Assembly (NCBI GenBank): GCA_001179505.1
Contig: CDMY01000305.1
Location: 124,001 to 187,754 of the forward strand
Direction: 5' to 3'
Source of the DNA: Vitrella brassicaformis CCMP3155
Taxonomy: Eukaryota; Protista; Chromerida
Length of the DNA stretch: 63,754 nt
The translations under genes and the position numbers were made by a program. Position 1 is the stretch's first letter. The number at the start of each line of letters is the position of its first letter. This document shows positions 22,762-39,321 of this stretch, piece by piece. The notes beneath the pieces were generated by a model. It ran no database searches, was not told where the DNA came from, and saw only the letters and a program-made list of their open reading frames with translations.

Positions 22762-23149
22762 TGGCTGATAGGGTGGCGCGCGCTGCCCACACCGCACCGC
22801 AGGCACATCCAAGAGGGCCGTCCGCAGCCCGGCCCGCCTTCCCTCCTCCCGCCTCGGTGCCGCGCCGTCCGCTGACTGACCTGACTCGCCCAACCGGCTG
22901 TCGTCGAAAAAGGGCGAAACCAGGCGCAGTTTCCGTGCTGCGGATGTCAGGACTCCCCGCGGGAGGAGGGGAGGGACAGAGAAGGGAAAAACCGCGGCCA
23001 AGAGAATTTACATGCCGTTTGGCTGTGGTACACTGTGGAGGGAGCCATTCGTCCGCCCAAAGTCAGGCAGACACCCACCTCTACCACCGCTTCGTCCGCA
23101 GACCCGCCGTCAAGGCTCTCCAGCCTGTCGTTCACAGACACCACACATC

Positions 23150-25036
23150 ATGAGACTTCGTCGGACCAGTGCGCTGTCCCTCTTTGTGGCCCTTATCGGA
23201 GTGGCGCATTGTGCAGACGACGAGTTTCATCTCCCCTTTGTTGATGCTCTTGGCGATGTGGCAGACCACGCACTCACAATGGCGAAAAACATTCTACCAG
23301 GTAGAGCAGAAACATACATGTGCGCGAACGAGGCCACACCTGCAGTGTGGCTGCGCCATGATGCTCAGGTATCGGTGATGACGAGAGCGAGCCATTGGCG
23401 GACTCGCTGACCTTCGTGTCGTCCTTTATCGAGTCACTGAGTGAAAAGGCCTCTGCCCTGATGTCCGACGGCGTTCAGCTGGCCGCAGGGGCCATCCTGC
23501 TCAACCGAGAGGAGGAGGCTCTGAAGCGCCAGGTGCTGGGCAGCATGGGCGGTGGCCAACGCGCACTGAACGATGCCGTCAGTAGCGTGCGATCGGCGCT
23601 GGACGCTAAGAGGTCGGCAATGGTGCTTGGGGATGCGCTGAGAGATGTCAACGACTCGGAGGAGGCGAAAAAGGTCAGATATGGCGCATGAAGCGAAACG
23701 ACGTGACTGTTCCCATTCTGCAACTTCTGGTCGGTTCATTTGGCATGCAGCTGATGACGACTTTGCTCGAGACCTCATCCGAGCAGGGGGGCCTGACAGA
23801 TCCTCTAGGAGGATTCCTTGCACCCCTTGCCGGCGCGCTGATGCCCAGCGCCCTTCTGTCGAGCGGCGGCGACCTGACAGAGGACATCCTCGATAAGCTG
23901 GGCGTCGACACCCTCGTCACGGCCGACACCGCCAAGTCGATCGAGGAGATCATTCTGGACACTTTCATTGGCGACCATCCCATTCGGACAGTGGTTGACG
24001 CGGCCACCGAGCCAAAGCCGATGAACGTCATGCCGTGCGAGCTGGAGCTGGAGGACATACTGGCCCGCTCGCTGGGGGCTGGCGAGTTGGCGGCACGGAT
24101 CGACTTTGGTGACGCGAAGCAGTGCACTCTTCTCATTATCGAGACGCCTGCGGTAGGCACCTGGCGTGTGTTGTTTCGGGTGTGTGAATGGGATGGTTTG
24201 GTTGTCCCTGCCATGCGCACATGGGTGCAGGTGAACGTCACTGACACAGATGACACGGTTGACACCGAGACAACCGACGACACCACGACCGAAAGTGAGC
24301 AATGGCAATGGTGGGAGCGAGAAAATGGTGATGATACATACATGGCATGGTGTGTACGTGGTTCCTTCAGAGTTCGTCAAGCTCTTGTCGTCTGATGACA
24401 TGCGCACCATCACTGCCAACTGGGAGCAGGAGGCAGAAGTCTCCGACATTCTTGAAGACTTCGAGCCGGCCGAAACGGGGTGTCGCGTGCTGCAGTGGGC
24501 CGAGAACCTCTCTCCAGTGCCGTTCCCATCAACATGTATGTGTGTGAGCCAAGACGATACAGGAAATAGGAACGGAAGACAGGTCCAGTGAGGCGTCTTG
24601 ATTCTTTCCTTCGTGGTGCACCTGTGACCGTGTGTGTGGTGTGTGCAGCATGTGGGACCGAGACACAGACGCTGCTCGGCGGAGACTTCTTCGGATGCAA
24701 CTTCGTCCCATACGAGGCCCCCTCTGACGAAGACGTGAACGAGCCACTCCATAGACACGCCCACACACGCATCGATCGCATTCGCCGTGCCCTCGTATAC
24801 ACATACCTTATATACACACACAGGTGTTTGTGGAGTTCTTCCTTATCCCACAAGGCGCCACGACCGTCCCATTCGGCGATGCGGGGCTGCCCACCGACAA
24901 CGATCCAGGGGCGGGGGCCGACTTCCTCTGCAACACCATTCTGGAAGAATTCCGCGTGCCAGTCATTGACGCGCTAAAGGAGACGTTCTTCTGCCCTGCT
25001 GATGAGGACGAGTGTGTGAAAGTCAATGAGGAGTAG
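23150..25036 (+). CDS. Secreted acidic hypothetical protein (multi-exon)
   Basis: Signal peptide MRLRRTSALSLFVALIGVAHCA. The intron at 23301-23368 joins in phase to GIGDDESEPLADSL. Further in-phase exons end CVKVNEE* at 25036. Confidence 0.65.
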
Positions 25037-25542
25037 CGGATGCCGGGGGGATTGGGATGGAGGGGGGAGGGAGGGGGGGCAGAAGGGAGGGAGATTAGTT
25101 GCCTGTCATCTTGGTGTTTTGTTCTGCTTTGGGTCTCTCTCTCTGTGCGCGCGCGTGTGGGTGAGGGGGTGAGTGTGTGTGTGTGTGTGGTAAGGAAGAA
25201 AGTACGTAGCATTAGAGGGCCTTTGGTGTCGGGGTGCACACATTTATGCCATCCATATATATACATCAAGGTAGGCAGGTAGGGGCGGACACACAGGCTG
25301 GTGCCCGAAGGTGAAGGTGGTCTGTGCATTTGCGTCAAGGGAGCGGATCGCAGGAAGGAGAAGCTATCCATATCCTGGCGTTTCTCAAGGCCCACCAATT
25401 AACTACACGGACGGACGGATGGATGGATGGATGTGCGTGTTTGGACACTCAATGCATTTGCATGATTAACACATATGTACGCAGATCGATAAGGCGAGCG
25501 AGTCTCACGGATTGGCGCACACACACTGTCTCACTCACTCAC

Positions 25543-25584
25543 TCAGCGCCTCACCGTAGCGAAGCTCATGATGGACGGCTGCAC

Positions 25585-25615
<31 letters not shown>

Positions 25616-28600
25616 NNNNNNNNNNNNNNNNNNNNNNNNNNNNNNNNNNNNNNNNNNNNNNNNNNNNNNNNNNNNNNNNNNNNNNNNNNNNNNNNNNNNN
25701 NNNNNNNNNNNNNNNNNNNNNNNNNNNNNNNNNNNNNNNNNNNNNNNNNNNNNNNNNNNNNNNNNNNNNNNNNNNNNNNNNNNNNNNNNNNNNNNNNNNN
25801 NNNNNNNNNNNNNNNNNNNNNNNNNNNNNNNNNNNNNNNNNNNNNNNNNNNNNNNNNNNNNNNNNNNNNNNNNNNNNNNNNNNNNNNNNNNNNNNNNNNN
25901 NNNNNNNNNNNNNNNCGGCTGCACACCCCCGCCCCCACGCCCTCCCCCCCCCCCTTTGTTTTTGCCTCCCCTCCCACCTCCCCTTTGCCGCCTTATTGCA
26001 ACACCCCCTTCCCTCCCCGCCCTACTAGCCCCCACCGCGCCACGACCAGCACCGCCACCAACTCCCCCGACCCCGACGCCCCGCTCATCCCGCTGCAGTC
26101 TCTCTGCCAGATGCCGATCGGTGTGCTCACGCCAGTCCGCCGCACTGACCTCCTTGCCGCACTCAGTGCATTTGAGGGAGGACCCAGACGCCGCGGCGCC
26201 AGCACTCCCGCCATGTCCGTGAGACGTATCATCGTCTTCCTGGTCAAGGTCGATCTCGATGCGGCTCTGGTCTGCCGCTGCTGCTGCTGCTGCTGCTGCC
26301 GCTGGGATGGGCGCGGCGGTGCGCATCTTCTTGCTGGCGAAGGAGGCGGAGGCGCTCTCCGCGGCAGCCTCACTCTTTCTGGCCTCGGGCTCGGCAGGGC
26401 GTTTGGGAGCACGCTGCTGCTTCTGTAAGTTGGATGAGTGGTGGTCTTTGGCCGGTGCCGGTGCTGCTGCTGCCGTCGCTGCGGCAGGTTTGAAGTAGGA
26501 CGTGATGGATGCGGTCTGGGAGTCGATGTCCTCAAAGTCTGTATATATCACAAATGGACAAGGGAGGCGGTGGCAACAGTGACTGACACTAATGGATGGA
26601 TGTGTATCGAGGGCTCACCCTGTGCGCCCATGCCGATTCTGCTGCACGGGAGCAGCTCGTCCTCGGGCAGCTTGCGCAGCAGCGCCAGGCCGGCAGCCAC
26701 CAATTCGTCCTTCGACAACAGACCATGAGGATCCTTGCCTGCACCAACAAACGGACAGACAAACACACCACATACGAGCAACAAACAAAAGGGCCTGTTG
26801 ATGCATACCTCTTGGCATCGGCCCCGACCGCGAGCGCGCCGCACCGGAGAGGCCGCGGTGCTGCGCCATGAGGGTCTTGGCACGCCGCCTGTGCGCCTCC
26901 GTGTCGGCCTGCATCCGATCACACACCTCCTCCGCCAACACACCCAGCCACCGCTCCAGCTGCACTCACAGACAGGCCACACAGCACACACAGAGGGATC
27001 ACCCTGCCTGCCGGCCTGCCTGCCTGCCTGCGTGTTTGTGTTTGTCTGTGGACACTCGCTTACGTCTTCCATCTTCCTCACGGGCCGGAAGCTCTTGAAG
27101 GCGAGGAGGCTTTTGGGCTTCAGGTTGGGACTGACCTGCTCGTCGTCCATCCCCCGACACACGCGCCACAGCCAGGTGCCCGTCCCGTCGTTGAAGGTGC
27201 GCTTCAGCTCCTCCAGGCTGTGGGCCTGCAGGTCTTTTGCCGTCGTGGCGTCGGGAAAGACGCGAGAGACGGCCTCGCCCAGTTTGCCGCCCAGGCCTCG
27301 GACATCGCGCAGAGGGAGATGACCCATCATGTCGTCGATACTGCTCGTCGGCACCAATGTCTGCGGACAGGCAGCGAGGGAGGGGGAGGGAGGGGTCAGG
27401 GAGAATTGTGGGCAACCCATTCGTCGGTACCTGTCGGTTGGGTTTGTGTTTGGCGCTAGCCTGCTTGGACAGCATCTTATTGTGAGATATCCCTGACACA
27501 CGCCACAAACAAATAAAGACACACACGTCCCCCTGGCGGCGTGCACGGGCAGTATATATACGCAGCTTTCCTGCATACCAGCTGAGACGGTGAATTGCGT
27601 CTCGTCAAGGACGGCCTTGCGCAGCCGTGCAATGAGCACCGCCCCCACAACGAGTGACGCCTCGGGGCTGTCGAGCGACACCTTATCCACATCTAACACG
27701 CTACCATCTACCTGCACAGCGCCACACCACACACACCAGACACACCAACCAGACAGACAATACGCCCAACATCTGGAGTGAGTGAGTGCCTCACGTACCG
27801 CCAGGAGGGTGGAGTCCCTGGTCCCCTCTGCGTCCACCAACTCGGCCAGTGACGGCCCTCCGCCACCCACCACACGCTTCAGCTCAGCCTGCACCTGCTG
27901 CGTCAGGTCCAAGTACGCCTCGTCAATCGAAGCACGCTCCACCTGCCACAGCGAGCACAAGCCGGCACGGCACGGCACGGCACGGCACACAAAAGGTAGG
28001 TCTTGATGTCTGCCTTTGCAGGGGTATGTCAATGTCTGCTGTGCACCTTCGGGCAGTGTCGTGAGAAAATGGCCATGATTTCTGCCGATGCGGTGCGATA
28101 GCGGTCCAGCGACACCTTCTCCCTCTGCCGGTCGTGGCGGTCCGCGGGGTCGTCGCTACCGGGGTGCCTGCGTCAACACACAGAGCACACACACCACACA
28201 CACACACACAGTGCGATGGCCCCATCAATCCATCCATCCATCCATCCATCCGTCCGTCTACCGTCCCCCCGCCCACCGTCCATCTGAGCTGATGGTCTCG
28301 ACGTGCACCAGCACCAGGTCAGGGCACTTGCCCTTGGCTACGGCCGTGCGGTCGCCTCGCCTGACGCCAGCTGCCCGCGCTGGATAGTTGACCGCTATGA
28401 GTCCATCCCACTGCTGAACCGCTAGAGGCACGTCGCGAGCAATGTTGAGACGCCGATGCTCCACTTGGCAGTAAAAGGCGTCCAGATCCTGGTGCAAAAG
28501 AAAAACAAGGCAGGACTTCACCACTGGTTAGTTCATCTCACAGATATGCTCACGAGGTGTGCGACGACTCGGTTCAGCGAGCGGCCTCCGGCCTGCCGCC

Positions 28601-28619
28601 CTCCAGCTGGCTGGCTCAT
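25543..28619 (-). CDS. POLH: DNA polymerase eta (Y-family), spanning an assembly gap
   Basis: VVAHL|DLDAFYCQVE, LAVQQWDGLIAVNYPARAAGV, ERASIDEAYLD, TVSAG|ISHNKMLSK, LRDVRGLGGKLG, PKSLLAFKSF, and the UBZ finger CTECGKEV...EHTDRHLA. Confidence 0.93.
25616..25915. other. Assembly gap (300 N)
   Basis: A run of N preceded by a poly-C run. Confidence 1.
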
Positions 28620-28977
28620 GCCTCGAAGGACCTCAGGACGGGCCTCCTCCCGGACAAGCTGTCGAGCTCAGAAACTGAGACCCATCAAAACCATCAGTAG
28701 GAGTCAAATCGCACCTGCTGCCGCACCACTGATGCTATTCACACTCACAGCAAGGCCGCATCTCGCAAGGTTCACCTCATCCCATCTGCGAGCTTAAAGC
28801 TTGGATCGTTTCTCCTGTTTCCAGCTCTCTGGCCTGCGAAGGCCATTCGTGTGAACCCGCTTGAGCACTGGAGTAGTCCCCAATCGCTTATCATCCCTTT
28901 CATCTTGCGAGGTAGCGGCAGGTGTTGCGTGCGGACGCTTGGAGGAGGGCGGCGGCGTGAGGAGGGTACCGAGGGCG

Positions 28978-31900
28978 ATGAGCGCCGTGGACAAAGTCAG
29001 CACTGCGCAAGAAGTACGACTGAGGGCGGCCAAATCGTCCAGAAGACATCACAAGCAGCAGGAAAAGGCACGACTCGTCTATCGGGCCAAGGACAAGCCG
29101 ACTGAGGCTGTCCAGGCATCCACTGTTTGCGACTCACCCCAGTCCGCTCACAGCAAGACGCCTCCCACCACTCCTGACAGCAGTGATGGCGGCCGGGAGC
29201 CAGGTCCTGCGGTGGTGAACGGCGTGGGCGCCGACGACGCGACGACAGCCACAGCCACAGCCAAGAAGAAGACGGGAGGGCGGCGGCACAAGCAGCCCAA
29301 GCCTATAGCCGTCACTCTGCGCCTGTCGGGCACTCCCAGACCCAAGGACAGGGAACAGGAGGACGTTACTCCCGCTCAGCACAGTCATCTGGCGGAGAGC
29401 GACGCCCACGTGTCAGAGAGCGACGCCAACCCATCGGCTACGGCTGCTGCGTGGGGCGGCATCACTGACGCAGTGGGCAGCTTCATCTCGGGCACGTTTG
29501 GCGGACTTTTTGCGCACAAGGGGCAGGACGACCACACCGATATGGCGACCAACCAAGGTGCTGATGCCCAGCCGCATCACCAGCAAGGGCAGCAGGAGCC
29601 GGGCATGCAGAAGTCTAGTTCTGGCGTGCGGGAGAGGGAGAGGGGGAGGGGTGAGAGGGCCAAGCCCGAGAGCGGGGAGAGCTCTACCAACGAGGCAGCC
29701 GCCAAGACCACCCGTCCCCCCAAGGTCAAGCGGGCCACCATATCCCTCGTCGGCAAGGGCAAGCCCACCCCACCGCCCGACAACAACACACCATCATCCA
29801 AGGGTGCTGACAAGCCCGCTGTCCTTCAGAACGGCACTGCTCCCGCTCTCAAGAAGTCGCAGCAGCGGCTGTGTGACGAAGTGGCAGCCGAGACCCAAGC
29901 GAAGGAGTCCAGTAGGGTCAACGGGGAGCACAGCACCTTGGGCGAGAGTGGAGCCAAGGAGGCCAAGTCGGATGGGGGGCCTTCTCGCACCGACGACGAC
30001 CCCCCGCCGCAGCCATCCCCATCGCAATCGCAGCCCCCAGCAGGAGACGAGTCGCGTGTGAGGTCGTCGCCGAAGCGCCCCCCCGGCCCCGCTGGCCTGT
30101 TGCGTGCCGCCGTGTCGACGCTTAAGGAGCCTCCAGCCGCCCGTGAGAGGCCGCACATGTCTGCTTCAGCTGCTGGTGCGAAGGGTGTGACGTCCCAGCC
30201 GTTTGCTGCCCCTGAGACGACGACCCCTGTGACCCTCCCCCCCGCCCCCTTCCTCGCCCCAGAGGTGTCAGTGGCAGACCCGGCCAAGCCCGCCACTTCC
30301 GCGTCAGGCAAAGACTCGCCGACCAATGCTGGTGCTGGTGGTCGCAAGACGCGTCCGGCGGGGGTGTATGTGCCGCCCCACGTGCGTCGAGAGAGGGAGC
30401 GGGCCAGGGAGAGGGAGCTGGAGAGGGAGAGGGAGTTGGAGAGAGAGAGGGAGTTGGAGCTGGAGCTGGAGAGGGAGCGGGAGAGAGAGAGGCAGTGCGC
30501 GAATGACTTGGGTGGTCGCTGTGGCGAGGACAGCGCCGCAGATGCCGATGGTGGTAGTAGGGATGGGGGCGATGAGAGGCCGAGCAGCGCTCTGCCGCAC
30601 AGCAAGTCCGCCAATGCGTCGCCCGAGAGACCGCTCAAGGGCATGCAAGGTGAGGCGAAGCGCAACACACACAATGCCACTGGACTTATGTGTCGTCTGT
30701 GGATGGATGGATGTGTCAGGCGGTGGTTCGAGTAGTGGTGAGGGGTCGCCGTCGTCTTGTCGCCGGGCTGAGGGGGCATCGCACTCGCACAGACGAAGGC
30801 GGGGCAAACTCAGGGTAACAGACAGACAGACAGACAGACAGACAAGAGCCCACACTGGAGACCCATTTCCCTCTTCTGTGTGTGTGTGTGTGGTGTCTGT
30901 GTGATTGGATGGATGCAGGCGTATTCTGACGGTTCTGACGTGAGCGACGGTGGTCGGTCCTCCAAGGACGCAGAGAACGGCGATGATCTGCACTGGCCCT
31001 TCAGATGCGCCAGACAGATACGGGTGCGGACGGACGGACGACCGGACGACACAACACACACACACGTGTCACATCAACTGGCTTCTCAATCAATGCGTGT
31101 GTGTGCGTGTGTGTGCAGGATAGTCGTGACATAGATATGGAGCGGCTGGCTCGCAAGTTCGAACCTGTCGACTTCGGCGTGCCGCAGCACCAGATACTCG
31201 AGATAGCGGTGCGTCCGCCAACTCTCACGGATGCCGTCAACACACAGCCATCTGTGTGTGCTGTGTGCTGTGTGCTGTGTGTGTGGCCCACAGCCGTTGG
31301 AGCCGGGAGTGTTGCGCAGTCAGATTGTGTCAGCGTTGACGAGCAACCTGGGCATCCGTATATCTGACTACACCTTCAACCTAGCAGACGACACACACGC
31401 ACTCGTAAGCAAGCTGACAACCAAACACACACGCACACACACGCACACACACGCACACACACGTTTGCCTGTTGCCTATGGGGGGACGGTGCATATTGAT
31501 TGCATGGGTGTGTGTCGCTGGATTTGGATGGATGAATGCAGGTAGCATTTCGTACGTTGGGTGACTGCCAGAAGGTCCTGGACAAGTGGTCGCATCCCGA
31601 GTGGAACGTCACGCCACTCACACAAGCCAGCAACGTATCCAAAGCAAAGTAAGACAGGGTCACACAACGAACACACAAGGTGAGGATTGCAGAATGATTC
31701 ATGCTGTCTTGTGTCGCGGCCATGGTCAGGTACAACGAGTTGCGCCCGCAGCCGCGCCCCGAGACCACTCTCACAGTGGCACGGCGGCTCATCACCAGCC
31801 ACCTCAACGCATCCATGTACGCCAGAACCAACCTCTGTGCAGTGCATCTCACACCCACCCCACACACTAACCCATACACTTGTCTCCCTGCCTGCCCGCC

Positions 31901-32153
31901 TGCCTGCCTGTGTGTGTTGGTGAAGGCGCAAGGAGCATCTGGAGGAGGAGAAGGCCTTCCGCGAGCGCACACGACAGGAGAAACACAAGGACAAACAGCC
32001 CAAGGTGAGTCTGCCCACAGAGGCCGACCACAACACAACACAACACAACAATCTGTGTCGTGTTGTGTTGTGTTGTGTGGCTTGTGTCAGAAGGCGATTC
32101 GTGACGCCTGGAGCAGCGGGTCGGAGAGCGGCGACAACGACACGGCCGACTGA
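28978..32153 (+). CDS. R3HCC1/R3HCC1L-like protein (C-terminal RRM-like domain) with a long disordered N-terminus
   Basis: Spliced C-terminal exons read HQILEI, ADDTHAL|VAFRT...PLTQASNVSKAK and RPETTLTVARRLITSHL. These match the remembered R3HCC1L pattern VDDTHALGVF...PLSQA..AAKAK...RPETS..LARRLV. Confidence 0.7.
30388..30492 (+). repeat. Coding GAG/AGG-rich repeat encoding an RE/ELE charged helix
   Basis: RERERARERELERERELERERELELELERERERERQ in ORF 28861..30735. Confidence 0.9.
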
Positions 32154-32655
32154 CTGACTGACTCTCTTCCACCCACTCAGCCCCCCTGCCTCCCTGGACG
32201 ACGTGTGTGTGTATTCATGACGCGAGCTGGTCACCGGGCCGTCCATCTCTGTCTGTGTGTGTGTCTATCTCTACCTAACTCTCATATGACGAATTGGCGA
32301 CCGGGGGTGGATGTCTCGATGGATGTGTGATTTGTGGGCGGGTGAGGTGGACTGACTGACTGATTGAGACGATGGACTGATTGAGTTGCCGACAGACACT
32401 GCGTGCCTGAGAGATGACAGCGAACGGACACACCGAAACCTTCCATCCATCGCGACCGTACCACAACACTTCACCCTTCTCTGTGTCCGTCCGAAAAGCA
32501 TCTGTGTGGTATGGATAATTCGTGAGCGCACTGGCTGGCCCAGAAATCACTCAAAAGGAACCGCAGGCAGACGGCCCCAACCCATGGTAGGTATGTCCCC
32601 GTCCCTTAATCATGGTGTCGGCACAAAGAAAAGTAGATGGATGGATGGATGGTGC

Positions 32656-33740
32656 TCACTTCCGGCTGGCTGCGGTGTGCGGCTTGGTCGCCTTGCCCTT
32701 CGCCCATGAGGCCCGCCGCTGCACCGCAGTGCTGGACAGGAGGGTCACACCGGCCTCCTTCAAGTTGTTCCGCATGACGTCCATGGTGTCCTTGGCCACA
32801 CCGGCCGTCGCGTCTTCAACCATGTATGTGTGGAAGCCGTAGTTGGCCGCGTCGACGGCTGTGCTGCCCACACAATAGTCCATCGCCAGTCCCTGCGCAC
32901 AGCCACAACACAAATCATGAGAAAGACGCTTTCTTCCGCGCCGCCTCTCCCCCCCTCTCTCTCTCTGTCGCTCACTCAACTCACCATGACGTAGACGGAG
33001 CGTATGCCGCTCGCCTTCAGCTGCTCCAGCAGCCCGGTCGGCTCGGGCTCGAAGTTGGCAGTGGGTGGCGACGTACCGAACCCACTATAGGCGTCTGCTC
33101 TTTCCGCTGACCCTTGAGGATGATGTGGTCCGTCGGCTGCCGCTTCAGGTCGGGATGAAAAGCTGCACCCACCGAATGCGCTATGCAGTGGGGCGGCCAG
33201 AGCACCTGCCGGCCCATGTCGTCCGGGAGGTCGACGAGTGTCACGCCGATGTCTTTGCTGGTCTTGCCCCTGTGTTGTGTGTAGAAGGAGACATGGTCGA
33301 TGGGGTGAAAGTCGGCAGTGAGGAACACCTCGTCGAAGAATGGAAGGCTTCTGAGCGTGTTGATGGTGGGGATGATGTCCAGGGAGCCTTTGACCTACAT
33401 GGCATATGCATGCACCACAGTGGCCGCAAAGAAACACAGACAGACGCAGATGCGCACCCACCATCAGCGAGCCGTCGGGTTCGCAGAAATCCTTCTGCAG
33501 ATCCACAATTATGAGCGCCACCTTGCCGTTGCCCGTGTCCTCATCCATCCCCTCCAGCTCATCGACCTCGGCGAAGGCGGCGGCCTCCTCCGGCCGGAAG
33601 CCGAAGCCGCACGTGTCGGAGGAGCCCTCACACCCCTCGTCGGCATCAGAGACCAGGGGAATGTCCGATGCAAACAGAGGAGGCACCAGAGGAAGCACCA
33701 GCAGCGCGAAAGCAACATGGCGGAGAACGGGGAGAGCCAT
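32656..33740 (-). CDS. pncA: Nicotinamidase/pyrazinamidase (isochorismatase family) with signal peptide; 1-nt frameshift near 33100
   Basis: ALIIVDLQKDFC, TADFHPIDHVSF, LWPPHC, ILKG, DAYSGF and GLAMDYCVGSTAVDA carry the D/K/C triad and the metal ligands. KG and DAYSGF lie in different frames. Confidence 0.9.
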
Positions 33741-33919
33741 TTTGCTGCCCTGCTTTCCGACGGATTTTGGTGGTCCCTGCGCCTGCGCCAAGCAACGACG
33801 TGCTTTCCTGCCTTCCTACCCCTCGTGTAAATCGACGGTGCGAGCTTGGCCAGAACTGTCGATTGACACCGTCTTTGCCGGGAAAGAGGAGGTGGAGCGT
33901 GTCGCGTTTTCATTCGCTG

Positions 33920-38989
<5,070 letters not shown>

Positions 38990-39321
38990 AGGAAGGACAT
39001 CGTGTGTGTGTCTTTTGGTCAAGCGATTCGCATGCCTGTTGGTTGTTTGGTTCGTTCATGCCATGCGTTCCCATCGGTTTATATACGTAAGTGCAGAGAT
39101 CCATCCATCCATGTGGCTGACGTGTGGCTGACGTGGGCACGTCATGCCTTGTTGGTTCGTGCGCGGGTGTCACGTGATGATGGATGGATGCAGTTTTCCC
39201 GCCTAGCCTGCCTGTGCCGTCAAGGCACTGACTCAGTGAAGGGTCTGGGGTCAAAGGGTTTGACGATTTCACAGAACCCTGAGATGCTTTTGTGTTTTCC
39301 TCTTTGATTGATGAGCGTGGG

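Noticed and set aside
25586-25615. Long poly-C/poly-G runs beside the gaps as G-quadruplex or poly-Gly/Pro coding tracts
   Set aside because: They abut all four fixed-length gaps and look like read-end artefacts. ORFs crossing the Ns are unsupported.
33094-33110. A 17-nt GT-AG micro-intron (gtcagcggaaagagcag) repairing the nicotinamidase frame
   Set aside because: It is far shorter than any other intron here (about 65 nt or more) and would delete the conserved KG-x5-D spacing.
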